A DNA stretch of 63,819 nt, filler included, from Platydemus manokwari (taxonomy: Eukaryota): assembly GCA_037951405.1 (NCBI GenBank). It is 6 parts of 6 records of this genome, joined end to end, with 100 filler letters (N's around TTAATTAATTAA, not from the genome) between each part and the next. Parts side by side here need not be neighbours in the genome. Positions count along the whole stretch, not along the records: positions 35,445 to 44,645 come from JBBMOY011283984.1; positions 44,746 to 54,204 come from JBBMOY011230543.1; 4 more parts are not named here. One strand, given 5' to 3'. The notes beneath the pieces are model-generated. The model made no database searches. It saw only the letters and a list, made by a program, of their open reading frames with translations, and was not told where the DNA came from. The stretch's first letter is position 1. Each line of letters starts with the position of its first letter. The position numbers and the translations under genes are program-made. Shown here piece after piece: positions 39,433-52,849 of this stretch.

Positions 39433-39900
39433 GTCTGTCTATATATACACTGTAACAATATAAACAGAATAATGAGTCTTCAACGTCATAATGTTAATTA
39501 TCGAGTACTATGTTCCGTAACGTCTATTTATCTACCAGCACAAAAACTCTTTCTGGCGGTAAAGCAATATCCAGTGAAAAAATACGGCTACTTTAATTTA
39601 CTAACGCAAATCCACAGGTTTGTAAGATAAATTACTCTTTATTTGTCGATTTTTGCACGGTTTTATTGTGGAAATATCAATACCATTGTCCTGAAAATTT
39701 GGAAATTTTAATTATTAATGTTATTTTTTTCATTCAAGTTAGATAATACTGATTATCTTTGTTTTAATCCTGACACAGTTATATTTGAAAGGTCAAATAA
39801 ATTTGGTGAACCTCTTAGAAATCTAGAAGAAGCACCAATGCTACTGTATCGACTTCTAGCTAAACAATTGATTCTGGATATAGATGAGGATTTCGAAGCA
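39433..39900 (+). CDS. unidentified spliced gene fragment; exons 39433-39621 and 39739-39900
   Basis: Two open phase-0 exons with AG acceptors and GTAAGA/GTAAGT donors and protein-like composition; no family recognised. Confidence 0.55.
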
Positions 39901-40698
39901 GTAAGTGCGTTTTTAAGTCAATTGCTTACGGAAACAGAAATCGAAACAAACAAGAGAAGGACCACATAGCTGTTAGTAATTCATGAATATCATAAATGAT
40001 TTTAAAAAACGCGTTCATCAATCTCGATAGAAACTACATTATTCTAAGATTGCATTTAAAAGAACTATAACAAAAATCGATAGTAGACATTCAATAGACT
40101 TGAGAAAATCACAAATGATTTTCAAATAATAAAATAGCTTTTAATATTAAAATGAAAAACACATTATTATAGCATAAATAAAATCGAAAAATTATATCTG
40201 CTGTGCACCGTAAATTTGTCATAGAAGATTTACAAAAATTATGACAAAATCGATAATGCAATTTTTGAACCCAGTGTTATGTGATTGAGGGTTACAAGTT
40301 CTTCAATCAGATTTTGATCGAAATAATTGTCATTTTATTTTTAATGCAAAAATAAATAAATAAGGAAGACAAGTATCAAGTCTAATTTCATGTGAAATAA
40401 GATGTAGACTAACCGATCATTTATTAAAGTATAAGATTATAGTAGTGAATAAGAATATCATAAGGTCAAATTGAAGATGGCAAATGTCGACTTTTTGTTG
40501 AATGCCAAATATTTTCCCACAATAAATAGAGAAAACCGAGTTTTCATCAATTATTGACAATTTCTGAATTCAATGGGATGGCATTTGATATGACAGTGAC
40601 ATATTTTAGATATAAAAACCGATACCTCTAACCATTGAGAGCATTATAAAGAAAGGAAAATTAGCACGATTATGTTATGTATGATAAATAAAGATTTT

Positions 40699-41307
40699 GG
40701 TTATAGTTAAAACAAGGGCCTTAAAGTGTAATTTTAAATTTGTTGAATGTATTGCAAAATTCTATATAGTTTATTTAAGTATATTCTTTAAAAACATTTT
40801 GAATTTTTTATTTATGTACTCAAGACGAATTTTAGTTGTTTGAAATCAAATATTAAATAAAATAGAGCTTAAAAATCTCTTAAAAGAGGATTATTTGAAA
40901 AAATGAAAAAGTAGATCGAATTGTAATTCATTAAAAATTAGCGAGGCCCCTTATTTTTAACATTAGAAGCAAATTGAGAGATATTCTCAATTTTTACAAT
41001 TATTTTATAAAAATAACCAATGATATTATTAAACATAACCGTAATTAACTAACTCGATTTATAATTATAAAAATATAAATTTAAAAACTCAAATAATTAT
41101 ATAGAAGTGTTGTGATTTGAATAGGAATTTGGTTTTAAAACTATGTTTTGTCACTATTAGACATCTTAAAAAATGAGATTCTAACTGAATTATACGAATA
41201 AATCAAACAAAGCAGTTATATATAAAATTAAGTTATAAAATTATATCATACGCGAAAATTCATTAAAACGAAAGTAGGTCAAAGGACCCATTTTCTTAAC
41301 TCAAGCC
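40699..41307 (-). mobile_element. Merlin-like MITE, full copy in reverse orientation
   Basis: Reverse complement of the 20303-20897 family; flanks aagatttt / acaatttt are a degenerate 8-bp TSD. Confidence 0.8.
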
Positions 41308-41399
41308 ACAATTTTAAATATCTGATCTGATATTTATTAATGAATATAACCTTTTCAGTGAGTTGTCGAAACAGATAAATTCCTACCAATACAGATTGA

Positions 41400-41980
41400 A
41401 GCGCGAATAAGATTTTTTTGGTTATCATAGAAACCAAAAACGCATTGAAATCCATATTGTTGAGCTAAATATGATAAATAAAAATACAATGTGTTTTACC
41501 AAGAATTCACGACAGAACAAATGTTAGATTTTATGTTGATTTCGAAATAAAAAATCACAATTTTTTCGATATGAATAGCGTTGAACGTAAACAATAGTTT
41601 TTACGTTGTATTTGGTCTATCATTTCCACAAATCTGCCTATCGAATCGGCATCAAACGACCATTAACACTGTGATATTCTTATTGATAGCAACGACAATT
41701 CGCGTAGTTTTGTGTCTATCACGAAAAAAAGAAAGAATTTCCAAATGTGACAATTTTAATCGGAGAAAAATTTTATCTAAGATTTCGTTGCATGAGTTTG
41801 AAGTGCGAAAGAAAATTTGTGGGAACGCACGACACGTGGGAATCTGTTATCGTAAATATCTGGACATTGGATTGTGCTGTGGCAGAAATTTCGGATGTAA
41901 AACTGAAATTGCTGAGAAAGAAATTTAAAATCGAGAATATGGGCAATAAAAGATTTCATAAAATCTCAAAAAAGTCGTGA
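41400..41980 (+). mobile_element. degenerate MULE/Mutator transposase relic
   Basis: YVDFEI (DFE), YHFHKSAYR (CxFH-like) and GTHDTW..NIWTL..E..KLKL (C-terminal pattern) in order, across frameshifts. Confidence 0.45.
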
Positions 41981-42524
41981 ATAACTTATCATTATATCAA
42001 GGCAAATATATATCTGTGTGTGTATCTTGACTAATATATGAGCAAGGTTATTCAATTACTTGTTACCTCATTCCGCCATGGTATAAGTTTAAGCCTAGCT
42101 AGTTCGAACGAGAAGTTTATTTTGGTTACTCGCTAATTTTGACGAGATTAGCGGGTTTTGAATAAGAACAGAATATAAATTACAGTAATTTATGTGTTGT
42201 GAATTTGATATCAACATAATGATTCAGTTATTATAATCATTACGTCATTCCAGAACTCATGATAGTTGATGAATTAAAATTGGCATGGCACAAGGTTCAT
42301 ACATATTATAGAATACTAGTACTAGAAATATTGATAATAATAATAAAAATCAAAAAATAATATTAATAATAAGGAAAATTTTTCATCACGTGAAGATTTT
42401 AGAAAATTAATTTTGATTTGTATTTTACGATAAAGTATGTTTTTATCACAACATTTAAATCAATTACCTAAAGTAGATATTAATATCAACCCTGCCCTTA
42501 TTTTATCATCATTGTATCATAGGC

Positions 42525-42790
42525 ATTAGCAAACCTATACAGTCATACAGGCATGACAATCAACCAATCACAACCGAGTTAGATTAAAAACAATAATTGG
42601 AAAAAGAAACATAGCTCCACAACAACACACACATAAGGATTTCATTGTTACGCACCTACAAAAAACCAATAAGCACAATAGAAATGTGAGAAAGTAAAGA
42701 TCTGATCAGAATGTGGTACAAATATAACACAAAAGTCCACACACAGATCTCGAGTATAAATACCGATGTAATGATATTTTACTGAATTTT
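42525..42790 (+). repeat. dispersed repeat, copy 2 (possible solo LTR)
   Basis: Similar to 2462-2730; contains CCAAT and TATAAATA. Confidence 0.65.
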
Positions 42791-43352
42791 ATAGTGGTAC
42801 TGAGTAGTAAGTGTGCCAGTAGGAAACCCAGTTTTCATTTTATTTACCTTTGGGTTACCTATTATGTGAGATAGAAATGAAGCTTGTAACCTGCGATTTT
42901 TGGAGTCAGCAATTATTTGGTTATTCAGAATTGATTCCCCAACAATATATAAAGTTAATAATAATCTGTAATAATAATAACATTAATAATAATTATAATA
43001 ATAAAGATAATATTGTGACAAAAACTAAAGGAACTCTTCCCCCCACCGGCATACGAATTGAGGAAGAGATATCTAATATAGCTATCAAAATAATCAACAC
43101 AAAGAATCATTTCAAACATTTATTATTATTACTATTAATTCTCACAATAGATGAGATTCGATAGTTGCTTATCATAATAATTTATCGATTAACACAGAAT
43201 ATCACTTGGAAAAAATAACACATTAAAAAAATCCACTGAGACGGACAACAATATTCGTTTGATCAACATTTTCTAATATTGTCAGATATCAGATTGACAT
43301 TCGATGATTTCCCATGACAACAAAGAAACAATGCCAAAAATCATTTGCCAAC

Positions 43353-44213
43353 TCAAAGGTGAACGGTGTTTGATTTGAGACCTTTTGAATTTGATAAATA
43401 ACCGGCATTGGTTTGTCTGTTGTGGAATCTGTTGTGGCAACAACAACAAAGAGCTTTCATTAAATTCAGTCGAAATGAATTTGAGAAAGCAAAATATATC
43501 AACGGATTGATGGCACTAGATAAATACATGAGCATATAAGCCATGGGAGGAAAAATCAATAAAATAATATTGTTGAAAGGAGAATACAAATACATCATTG
43601 ACCATATATGTCGCGGTAGACGACACAATGCAAATATAATCACAATCACAATCAGCATCAGAATTACTCTTCGTCTTTCATTTGCTGCTTTCGTAACAGG
43701 TTTCTTCTTGAACATTTTATTAAAGATTTTAATGGTTTCCTTTGGTCTGTTCGATGATGATTGTAGTTCTTGACATTCTAACGAAATGAATCCTGAAGAA
43801 TTCGTTGCTTTCGATGTTTTAATTGGAGTAGAGCCGGTGATTTTTTTCAGCGATTTCACAAGATTGTAGCAAATATGACCATATAAACTACCCATCACAA
43901 TAAGTGGCAATAGATAAAGAAGAATGAACGTTGAAATGAGATAGGTTTTCTTGTTGATTTTCTCCGTATTCTCACAGGTGGTGATATTATTTGAGCGTCT
44001 TAATTCATAGGTGAATAAGCTTGGAATACTAAATCCAATACTTATCAACCAAATCATAATTAATAGAATAATATAGATCCGCTTGGATAACATTGTTTTG
44101 ACTTGCATGGGAAATATTATCGCTACATATCGTTCAAGACACATCAACATGAGTAGGAGAATGCTAGCGGTATAAGATAGAATTTGAATGAAGTGGTTTA
44201 ATTTACAGAGACC
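43353..44213 (-). CDS. class-A neuropeptide GPCR, trissin-receptor-like, terminal exon (TM3-TM7 plus C-tail)
   Basis: Acceptor ttttag at 44214; GLCKLNHFIQILSYTASILLLMLMCLERYVAIIFP, FALCRLPRH, SSAINPLIY, Cys-rich tail; LSYTASI...ERY is recalled from trissin-type receptors. Confidence 0.85.
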   Translation of the reverse strand, partial: GLCKLNHFIQILSYTASILLLMLMCLERYVAIIFPMQVKTMLSKRIYIILLIMIWLISIGFSIPSLFTYELRRSNNITTCENTEKINKKTYLISTFILLYLLPLIVMGSLYGHICYNLVKSLKKITGSTPIKTSKATNSSGFISLECQELQSSSNRPKETIKIFNKMFKKKPVTKAANERRRVILMLIVIVIIFALCRLPRHIWSMMYLYSPFNNIILLIFPPMAYMLMYLSSAINPLIYFAFSNSFRLNLMKALCCCCHNRFHNRQTNAGYLSNSKGLKSNTVHL

Positions 44214-44312
44214 CTAAAACAGAAAAATATCATAAAATTCTATAAATCACTAGTTATTAATATTTTAAACGATTATTAATATTATTATTCTCATATAATG
44301 ATAATAAATAAT

Positions 44313-44533
44313 NNNNNNNNNNNNNNNNNNNNNNNNNNNNNNNNNNNNNNNNNNNNNNNNNNNNNNNNNNNNNNNNNNNNNNNNNNNNNNNNNNNNNNNN
44401 NNNNNNNNNNNNNNNNNNNNNNNNNNNNNNNNNNNNNNNNNNNNNNNNNNNNNNNNNNNNNNNNNNNNNNNNNNNNNNNNNNNNNNNNNNNNNNNNNNNN
44501 NNNNNNNNNNNNNNNNNNNNNNNNNNNNNNNNN
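44313..44533. other. sized scaffold gap (221 N, no linker)
   Basis: Pure N run without the TTAATTAATTAA core. Confidence 0.9.
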
Positions 44534-44645
44534 TTAATATTGGGTCTATAACTTAAAAACTGGAATTCTTTTAGAACAATTGAGTGTTTATTAAAGAAAA
44601 TCTTGTACAATTCTGTTATCCAAAGTAATGTCCATCGGAAGTTAC

Positions 44646-44745
44646 NNNNNNNNNNNNNNNNNNNNNNNNNNNNNNNNNNNNNNNNNNNNTTAATTAATTA
44701 ANNNNNNNNNNNNNNNNNNNNNNNNNNNNNNNNNNNNNNNNNNNN
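44646..44745. other. artificial contig linker
   Basis: Same structure. Confidence 0.97.
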
Positions 44746-44791
44746 TTAAAATTGTTATTAAGAAAGTAGTAATTATAATAAGTAATAATAA

Positions 44792-44827
<36 letters not shown>

Positions 44828-44978
44828 TCCATAATAATAATATTCTAATAATGAAAATATTATTATTAACCTTAAAGAATAATAATTAAAAATTTAATTT
44901 TAATATAAAATAATAATTTAATTTATAATAAATAATAATTATTATAATTTATTATAACTGATATTATGTTTTTTGCAG

Positions 44979-47900
44979 AATCTCCGAGCAAATTCAAAAA
45001 TATCTGTTGCATCCCAATCTTTGTGCTCGTAATTGTCTTTTTCTGTGCTATAATCATCAACGCTACATTATTTACTATTTATAATAAAAAGCCCATGGAC
45101 CTTTTTCTCAACACAGGACTGCTACCTCTGTTTGTGATCATGACTTGTATTGTATTTCTTTGTATATTTGGAACTTTACCGTTACTTTGTCGAACGATAA
45201 CGTTTCTCGTTCGATCGCCATCACGACAATTGAAACAAATGATGGAATCGGAACATGTCGATTTCCAAGCATCGGACACATTGGTGAAGAATGAACTCGT
45301 CAAACTCTGTCAAATAATATCGATATTTGAGGCGTATTTGAATTCGGAAAAAATTCGATTGTTCGTTCTGATCGATGCTGCCGATACGGAAAGTCGAGAA
45401 AAATTAGCCAATTCAATTTATCTCGTCAACGGTTTGATACAAATGAGCTCAAATGCCCCGATCGCTTTGATTCTTGCTGCTGATTTTCAAACACTCAACT
45501 CCGAATGGACTGGTTCTGCAAACAATCCCATATCGTGTTCCAGTGTCAAATCGAATATATTCCAGGAAATAAGCGATAATTTCCATCTCATCCATTCAAC
45601 GATTCATTTGCCAATTTATATGGAAGAAGGTATCGACTTCCATAGCACCAGTTCTGGTAAAAAAAAATATGCTTCCAATGGGATGTTTTGCATACGAGTA
45701 GTAATTTATATTGATTTTCTTTTTCATTGTTAAAGTCATTCCAGAAGATTATGAATAAAATCAATACATTATAACAAAACATCCTTGACTAGAGTTTAAT
45801 ACTTCTTTAACAATTAATACTTATATATGTTCTAGATCTTAAAGTAGTTTGGTGTGGCATGGTTAGGAAGTTTCCCTATTAAAAATTAGATCACCTACTT
45901 CACCAATAATGTCATTTGATAGTTATTTATAATGATCAACTTCATATGATTACTCAAATCCACTAGGCAATTGATTCCACGTTCACTGTACTCAACTTCA
46001 ATAATTCTTATCATTTGGTTTTCGGTATCTCATGTAATTGCATTTCGATTTAAAATAACCGTATATCTCAAAAACGTTATTCTTATTGGTCCATTTTTCT
46101 TTAAATTGGTAGATTTTAGATGATGTCAAAACCAACTAATGTGAAACATTTTAAAATCCATCGGCCATAAAAACTAAGCCAATAAAAAAGAAAAATATAA
46201 AAAAATAATATAAAAATATAAATAAAAGAAAAAAGAAAATAAAAAAATGCAATAAATTTAGATGGTTTTGTATCGTTTTATTCGCCAGTCTTTAGCTACT
46301 TTTGTAACGTTTTCATGATCATTACAATAGGCAGGTTTGAAAATTTTATACACCAAATCGATATTGTTGATTTTCAGTTTGATTTCAGCATAATACAACG
46401 CTTTTTCATATACTTTCCTAATGATATCGCTTAATATTCTGATATTCAATCAATTTACTTCATATTAATAAGTTATATTTAATACAAGGGGATTATTACC
46501 CCTTTAGGTTTGCCTTAAGTATTTTCACTAATCCATTTGATATCATTATTGAAAAACAAATAGAAATCTTCTTTCAGATTCAATTTATGCAAATAATCAC
46601 TTTTCTGACTCATAATTATTTATATTTATTCAAATCAATATCTCTGATTCTTCAATTTTTACAATAATACTGAAGAATAATTAGAGTTATTCTTTATCGC
46701 TATCTTTCAACAGCTATATCATTGAAATCACAGTTTGTTAATACTTATTACAGCGTATGGAGTGTTAATTAGGTGATTAATTTTAGCTGGTAGTATTTTA
46801 TTGAATAAATATTGAAAACGAGCATAAGAAAGTCAACCAACAAAAGTATATTTAACAAAAATATCTAACCGAATTTCTTTAAATAATTTGTTACAATATT
46901 TTTGTTTAATATACTTTTGCGGGTTATATATATATATAATACAGTAAATTTCACATCGATTATTGTTCTTCTTTCTTCGAAACTAATTGATAACTCATTT
47001 ACATATTTTTGCAAAAAAAATCGTCAACGTAATATATTCCACCCAATTATTGGCTTTAGTAGAAGCGAGAGAAATATATGTACATCATAGTTTACTTACT
47101 GATATTTTTATCTAACCCCGACGAATATCAATGATAATATCATTTATTAACTATTTTGTCATCGGAAACATATGTTTAACATGAAAAATTATGGAAAAAA
47201 AATATTTATATTAGCCTTTTGTCGTTTCGGGTTCACCTGGAATGATATCTTTTGTTTGTTTATGTTGACGGTTTTTTGAAGTGCAGCACAGATTTTGTTG
47301 CCTGATTAATAAATCGAACTAGAATTATAAACAACACAAATCAACGCAAAGAGGTGGACCGAATATTTGTGTTATTCTTGTTTTTTGAAATTACTGTATT
47401 GAAAAATACACTTTTAATTTTTTTTCTTTTAATGACATCCTCAAATAATTAAATAAAAGATGATCATCTGCAAATAATGATTGCGGTGTTCGCTTATACA
47501 GTATGAATACTATCAGCATAAGGATTGTGTCTCTTGGTATAAAGGTCTTGGAATCAAATAATCGCGTTTTAAAACACATAGTATCAAAAGCTCTATTAGC
47601 TATTACTTATTGTTTGTAAGTGGTTCTTGTTTGCTTTCCTTTTCAGAATTTCTTTACCAACTTTTTTTAAATAATTAATCCATTGGCTTATATCTACATT
47701 TTTGATTGTGTAAGCTCGGTGAAGAAAAATTTTCAAGCCTTCCTGCTTTACTATGCAGTAGAAATATTCTAATAGAATAACCTGAGATCAAAATCTTGTC
47801 ATTTAATTTTTTTTAATTTTTAATAACTTCAAGCTAATTGTTGAAGAAAAAATTCATTTTATCGATTAATCCAAAACTACAACAAAAATATTTGTTTTAC

Positions 47901-49107
47901 TGAAATGAAAATAATTACATAGATGAAAAGATATTTTCTTTCGAATAGCAACGATGATTGGTTAGAATAATGTGGTTTGATCTCATTTTTGGAAAAATAC
48001 TTTCGAAACTCTGATTGTTGTAAGTCATTGTCCTATTTATCAAGTAAGCTCATGCATTGGAAACTTCCTAAATGATAAAAACAATCCAATCTTTGTCTTT
48101 TTATGTAAAATTAAAATCTACTTTATACCTCGATTTCACCACACATTTAATTTAAACAAATAATGCTTGAGGAAGACTTGTGGTTGCGTATTAGATGGGA
48201 TATATTTTTCGAGAAGACCTATAAATTCTTCTGATATTGGTGAGGTACACAGATCAAAAGGACTAAGATAATTCTGAAAAATATTTTTTTAATATGAGAA
48301 TCATATGAACTTTCTGCTGGATTTAGTCAAGGCAGTAGAATTTAAATAATAGTTTCTCGTAGAAATTTTTCTATAATTAATACTTCATAGTTTTTTGGGA
48401 AAAAATATTATTAAATAGCTTTGATAGTTTGATAAGATAAAGACAGTTTAGAAGTGGAATAACTTACTGGCCTTATATTGAGCAAAAAAACATAAACAAT
48501 TTTTTTTTCATATTTTAGTTCTCCTGAGCACAAAGTTGTTTTGAATTATTACAATCAAAGAGAACAGTTAAAAATTGGCTCCACATTTTAGCCTTGATTT
48601 CTTCGTGATATTGATCGAAAATAACCATGAAGAAATTTCGATAATTTACATTCTTTACATAAAAAGAAAAATGGGAAAATTTCTCGTTTAATTTTTTTCT
48701 CCATCGATTTTCCTAATTCAAAACGTTGTTAAAATTCGATTTGAAGAAAGTCAAAATTTGAAAAGATAAAAATACATCAGACCAACACAAAAGAAATTCA
48801 GAAAACAGAGATCTTATAAATAAATATGAATTTATTGTTCTAATCGATAATAAATGTCGAATATAATTTTAGGGAGGCAATTCATTTGAATCCCTGAATA
48901 TGGCTACAACAGGAAATAAGCAAAATTCGGTACCAGTATCTGCAAGAAAAACATCAATATATCTGTCAGCTCTGAATTCATTGAATGCCGATGCAAATAG
49001 CAAAGGAGCTTCTAAATCCATTCAACAACTATTTTTAACTCGAGGCGATCTTACTGATATCAATAATAAAATGATAAAACAATTAACTGCTGCTGCTGCA
49101 TTCATAG
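44979..49107 (+). CDS. KIDINS220: Kidins220/ARMS-like KAP-family P-loop protein, internal exons 44979-45700 and 48873-49107
   Basis: TM pair, then RLFVLIDAADTES (Walker B) and IHLPIYM; second exon QLFLTRGDLTDINNKMIKQLTAAAAFIG aligns with [28 protein letters not shown]; first donor uncertain (45656 or 45700, the latter in phase). Confidence 0.8.
47391..47600 (-). mobile_element. possible very degenerate mariner fragment
   Basis: FADDHLLFNYLRMSLKEKK resembles the SDYHLFxxLxxxLxGKxF motif. Confidence 0.3.
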
Positions 49108-52100
49108 GTAAGACTTGTTTGGACATTCATAGGACTCATCTATTTTCCAATTTCTTCGACTGGTATGAATTAGAATGGAAATGCCAATCGAATATTAAAT
49201 AGAGTAAAATATCCGAAAAATTCAATTATCCCTAACGTTGTAATGATTTTAATTATACGATTGAATGGAAGTTTTTAAATCATCCATTACACCGTTCCAT
49301 GGGGAATTCAATTTTCATATTATTTATTATCGAATAAAAAATTTAATTCATAACTTAAATCCAATTCGCTTTTCTCCATTCTGTAGAATTTAGTGATCGG
49401 GAAAATCTTTTTGGCCATTATCCAATGGAAAATGAAAACAATATTGTTTTAGTTTTTCCTGTATTATCACCGACTTATTGATCAGTGTGATGATGAAAAT
49501 TTTATTGATTGATAATTAGTGTTACTCAGCGCCAAAAAATACCAAATAATAAAAACAATCTTCGCTTCTATTAGTTTCAACTGGCAAGACATGTTTTTCG
49601 AAACGTCGAGAGTTTACGTGTGCTGCATATGCTCTACTTCTAATCGATGTTTTGATTATCAAGGTTCCAATTATTGTTATTTTTATAGTTATATATCAAT
49701 CCCTGTGAATGCGTTTCTTAGCTGCTTAACTATATGTCGGGTTAAAGTCTACTACAATGGACTTTCTGAATTGGCATGATATGCTGAAAATAAATCGTAA
49801 AATTTAATGTTTTGAAATTATTGAATACATAATTTAAAAACAAATCAATGATAGTTATTTATCAGATAATCAATTGAAGAAGATATAAAGTACAAATATT
49901 AGTAATCTCAAATTTAAAATTGAACACACATTTTAAAATCAAAACAGACTATGTCGAAACACAGACCTGATTCCAACATAATCCAAAAAAATCAATCGAA
50001 ACTAAACTCAATTAATCTGATTGAAATGATGATTTAAGTAGTCTGAAATAATTCCCAACGACTGATGGGTGTGTAGTTGTAATGAATTTAAGAATAATAA
50101 GAGAGGAAAAGGACAAATTTCTGAAGATTATTATAAAAGTTTTAATGATTAGTGAGGAGAATCTCTTAAATTTAAATAATTCAAAACACATAATAATTTA
50201 TAAATTTTAAATGGAATTGAAAATTATTCTGATCGAGACGAAAATAATTTAAACTTGTCTAAAAATAAACTTTAATTAATACAAAAATTTATTTAAATAA
50301 TCTGTTTGATGGAAATTTAGTTCACTGGATTTATTAATGATAGATTTAAATAATTTGAGTGATATACCTACTGTTTACAAGAGCTTGTGTCATTTTGGAC
50401 ATTTTATTTTCGATAAATAATAAAATTAACTAATCGAATAAAAGCATTAATAAAACAGTCATATTCAGTTAGTCTCGTCTCATCTTTTATATAAATTCCA
50501 AAAAATCTAAACTCATTACAAATAAAATGAAATTAAATGATAGACATCGCAAATGAAACACTGGGTTCATATTTACATTAATATTTTTGAAAAATATAAC
50601 GATAAAGTTTACCTCAATAAGAAGAGTAAAGCCAAGGAAGACTATACACGATTATTATATTATAAAAAACAAGCCGACTAATATGATTTGTTGTCAAATA
50701 CGGTTTCCTGCAAAGTAGTATACTTGACACTTTTCAATTAAAAACTCTAGCAATAGTAGCAAATTCAATGTTTATGCTGTGCTCTCGTATCTCTCTCTCT
50801 CTGAGCAAATATTATCGCAAATTTTCCTCACTAATAGATGTCTGCTCATGAGTTTTTATTAAAATTAAGTATTCTTATAAAAATAAACATAAGAAAATAT
50901 TGAAATGGCGAATTATCGATTGCCTTTCTTGTGGGACCTGATGATGGACCATAAAATTCACAAATAGAGCGGTTTGTAATCTTATTTACTCATTAGCATT
51001 GGAAAGATTCTCAAAACGACCAGTTAATGATGATTAGTTTATTTGAACCTAAATTAAAAAATTTCATTGCATACTACTTGATTGTTTAAATATCGATATA
51101 ATTATTACACCGAAGTTAAGCACACGACCGGTTGAACATTTGTTAATATATTATCAACAGAGAGATTACGAGAGACAAAATTGCTTACCATTAAATATAA
51201 ATATAGTCGACTGAGTAATAGTATAGGTTTATAGGTAATTCAAAACTTGGTCGAAAAATTAATCTGAACAAGAAAACAAACGATTTCTTTACGTCATCAC
51301 CACGATTTTCATCTCAGAATCTTTGAACTTGACACCATTGAAAACGAACAGCATCCGATGATCAATGAAAAATCAAAATGAACCTCATTGGGTGATCCTT
51401 AAGACTTTAATGACTGCTAGATTGTATAATTTATGGAAATTCTCTTGACTTTAATGCATTTTTGTAAGGTCTATTGATTTCTGTCCATTATCCAATGTAC
51501 TTTTGGGAACTATAATTTAAACTCATTTTAAATAGGCTTCTGGTTTGCAAGTGCATCAGTAACAGTTCCTCGAGCTTTAAGGAGACCAAAAATTTCTTTA
51601 AAAATAATTCTCAGATATAATTTCTAGCCCATTATATGCTGCGAGATACAATAACAAAACAAATACAAAGAATACAATCGTAAGAATGATGGAAGCTTTA
51701 AAAAAACTCGAAGAAATTGAAATCTAAATGACGTGATCAATTATTTTAATCAAATATTTTGAAATAAAAGGTCAAACATCTCCTATTTAAACTAATAATA
51801 ATAAAAGTTATTATTATTATTTTATTTTTATTACCTTTATTATAATATATATATAAGTTAGATGAAAAATGAGATTTGTTTTAATATTAAAAACAAAAGC
51901 ATGTGATTGTTAAATAAATTATTGACGGAAATGATTATTATTTTATTTTTATAATCTTTATTATATATAATCTAATATAATACTATATAATATATAATAT
52001 TAAATTATTATCGAAATTGTCATCAAGATTGATAATAATCATACTGTTGTGTAAATTACGAAACAGCTTTTTAATGATCATTTGTTTGTGTAGACAAGGA

Positions 52101-52849
52101 TTACATTTCGTTGACATTTCCGATGAAACCCGTATCTTGATACAAATTATTTTCTTCCGAATTTACCAGTTGGTGCAATCAGTCATCAAACGAGGGAAAA
52201 ATAGAACCACATCGAATATATTAGTTTTGTTAATTTATCAATTTATCGTTCAAGTTAAATATGAAAGAAAATTTCTGTCGAAAGAATGTTTTTGGTCGAA
52301 TTTCGTTAAGTATGGAAAATACCAGTTAACAGAAAAGAGCAGATTTTTCATTTGGAATTGTTATCATTTATAGTAAATATTTATCGATTTTAACTGTAGT
52401 TTTGAGAAGCTTTATCTCATCGTCATCTTCCAATTAGGATTAGATTTGTGACAATGTTGAAGAAATTAAAAATCTCTTAATATGAAATGTTGTTTTGGAA
52501 AATTTTCTTTTCTAAATTATTAATAGTGGGTAAAATAATTATTTTCCAATGCAGTATTGAAGCTATCCAACCGTAACAAATAGGCAAATTTTTAATTGTT
52601 AATCGATTTATTGTATTTTCTTCCTCATCATTAAATCTTCCGATGCTAAACGTAAAATACTTTGATCTATTTATATAATAATCTTCCTTCGCCATACCAA
52701 CATATGGTTTCTTAAATTAATTTCAAGTTATTCAAGTATTTATTTCGTTTATTACACAGTTTCATTTCACCGACAAATCTTTAATATGAAGCTTAAAACT
52801 ACATACTTAAAATGGAATGGAACCCACTGACGCATTAAGTGAGATATTT

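Noticed and set aside
43543-45303. ORFs 43543-43773(+), 44257-44610, 44298-44537 and 45079-45303(-)
   Set aside because: Antisense shadows of real exons, or read-through of N gaps
49530-49790. Second MULE relic (SIVVDF...LRNAF)
   Set aside because: Single weak motif across a frameshift; not enough to call
51370-51650. Coding-looking minus-strand segment (IFKEIFGLLKARGTVTDALANQKP)
   Set aside because: Multiple stops and no recognisable family
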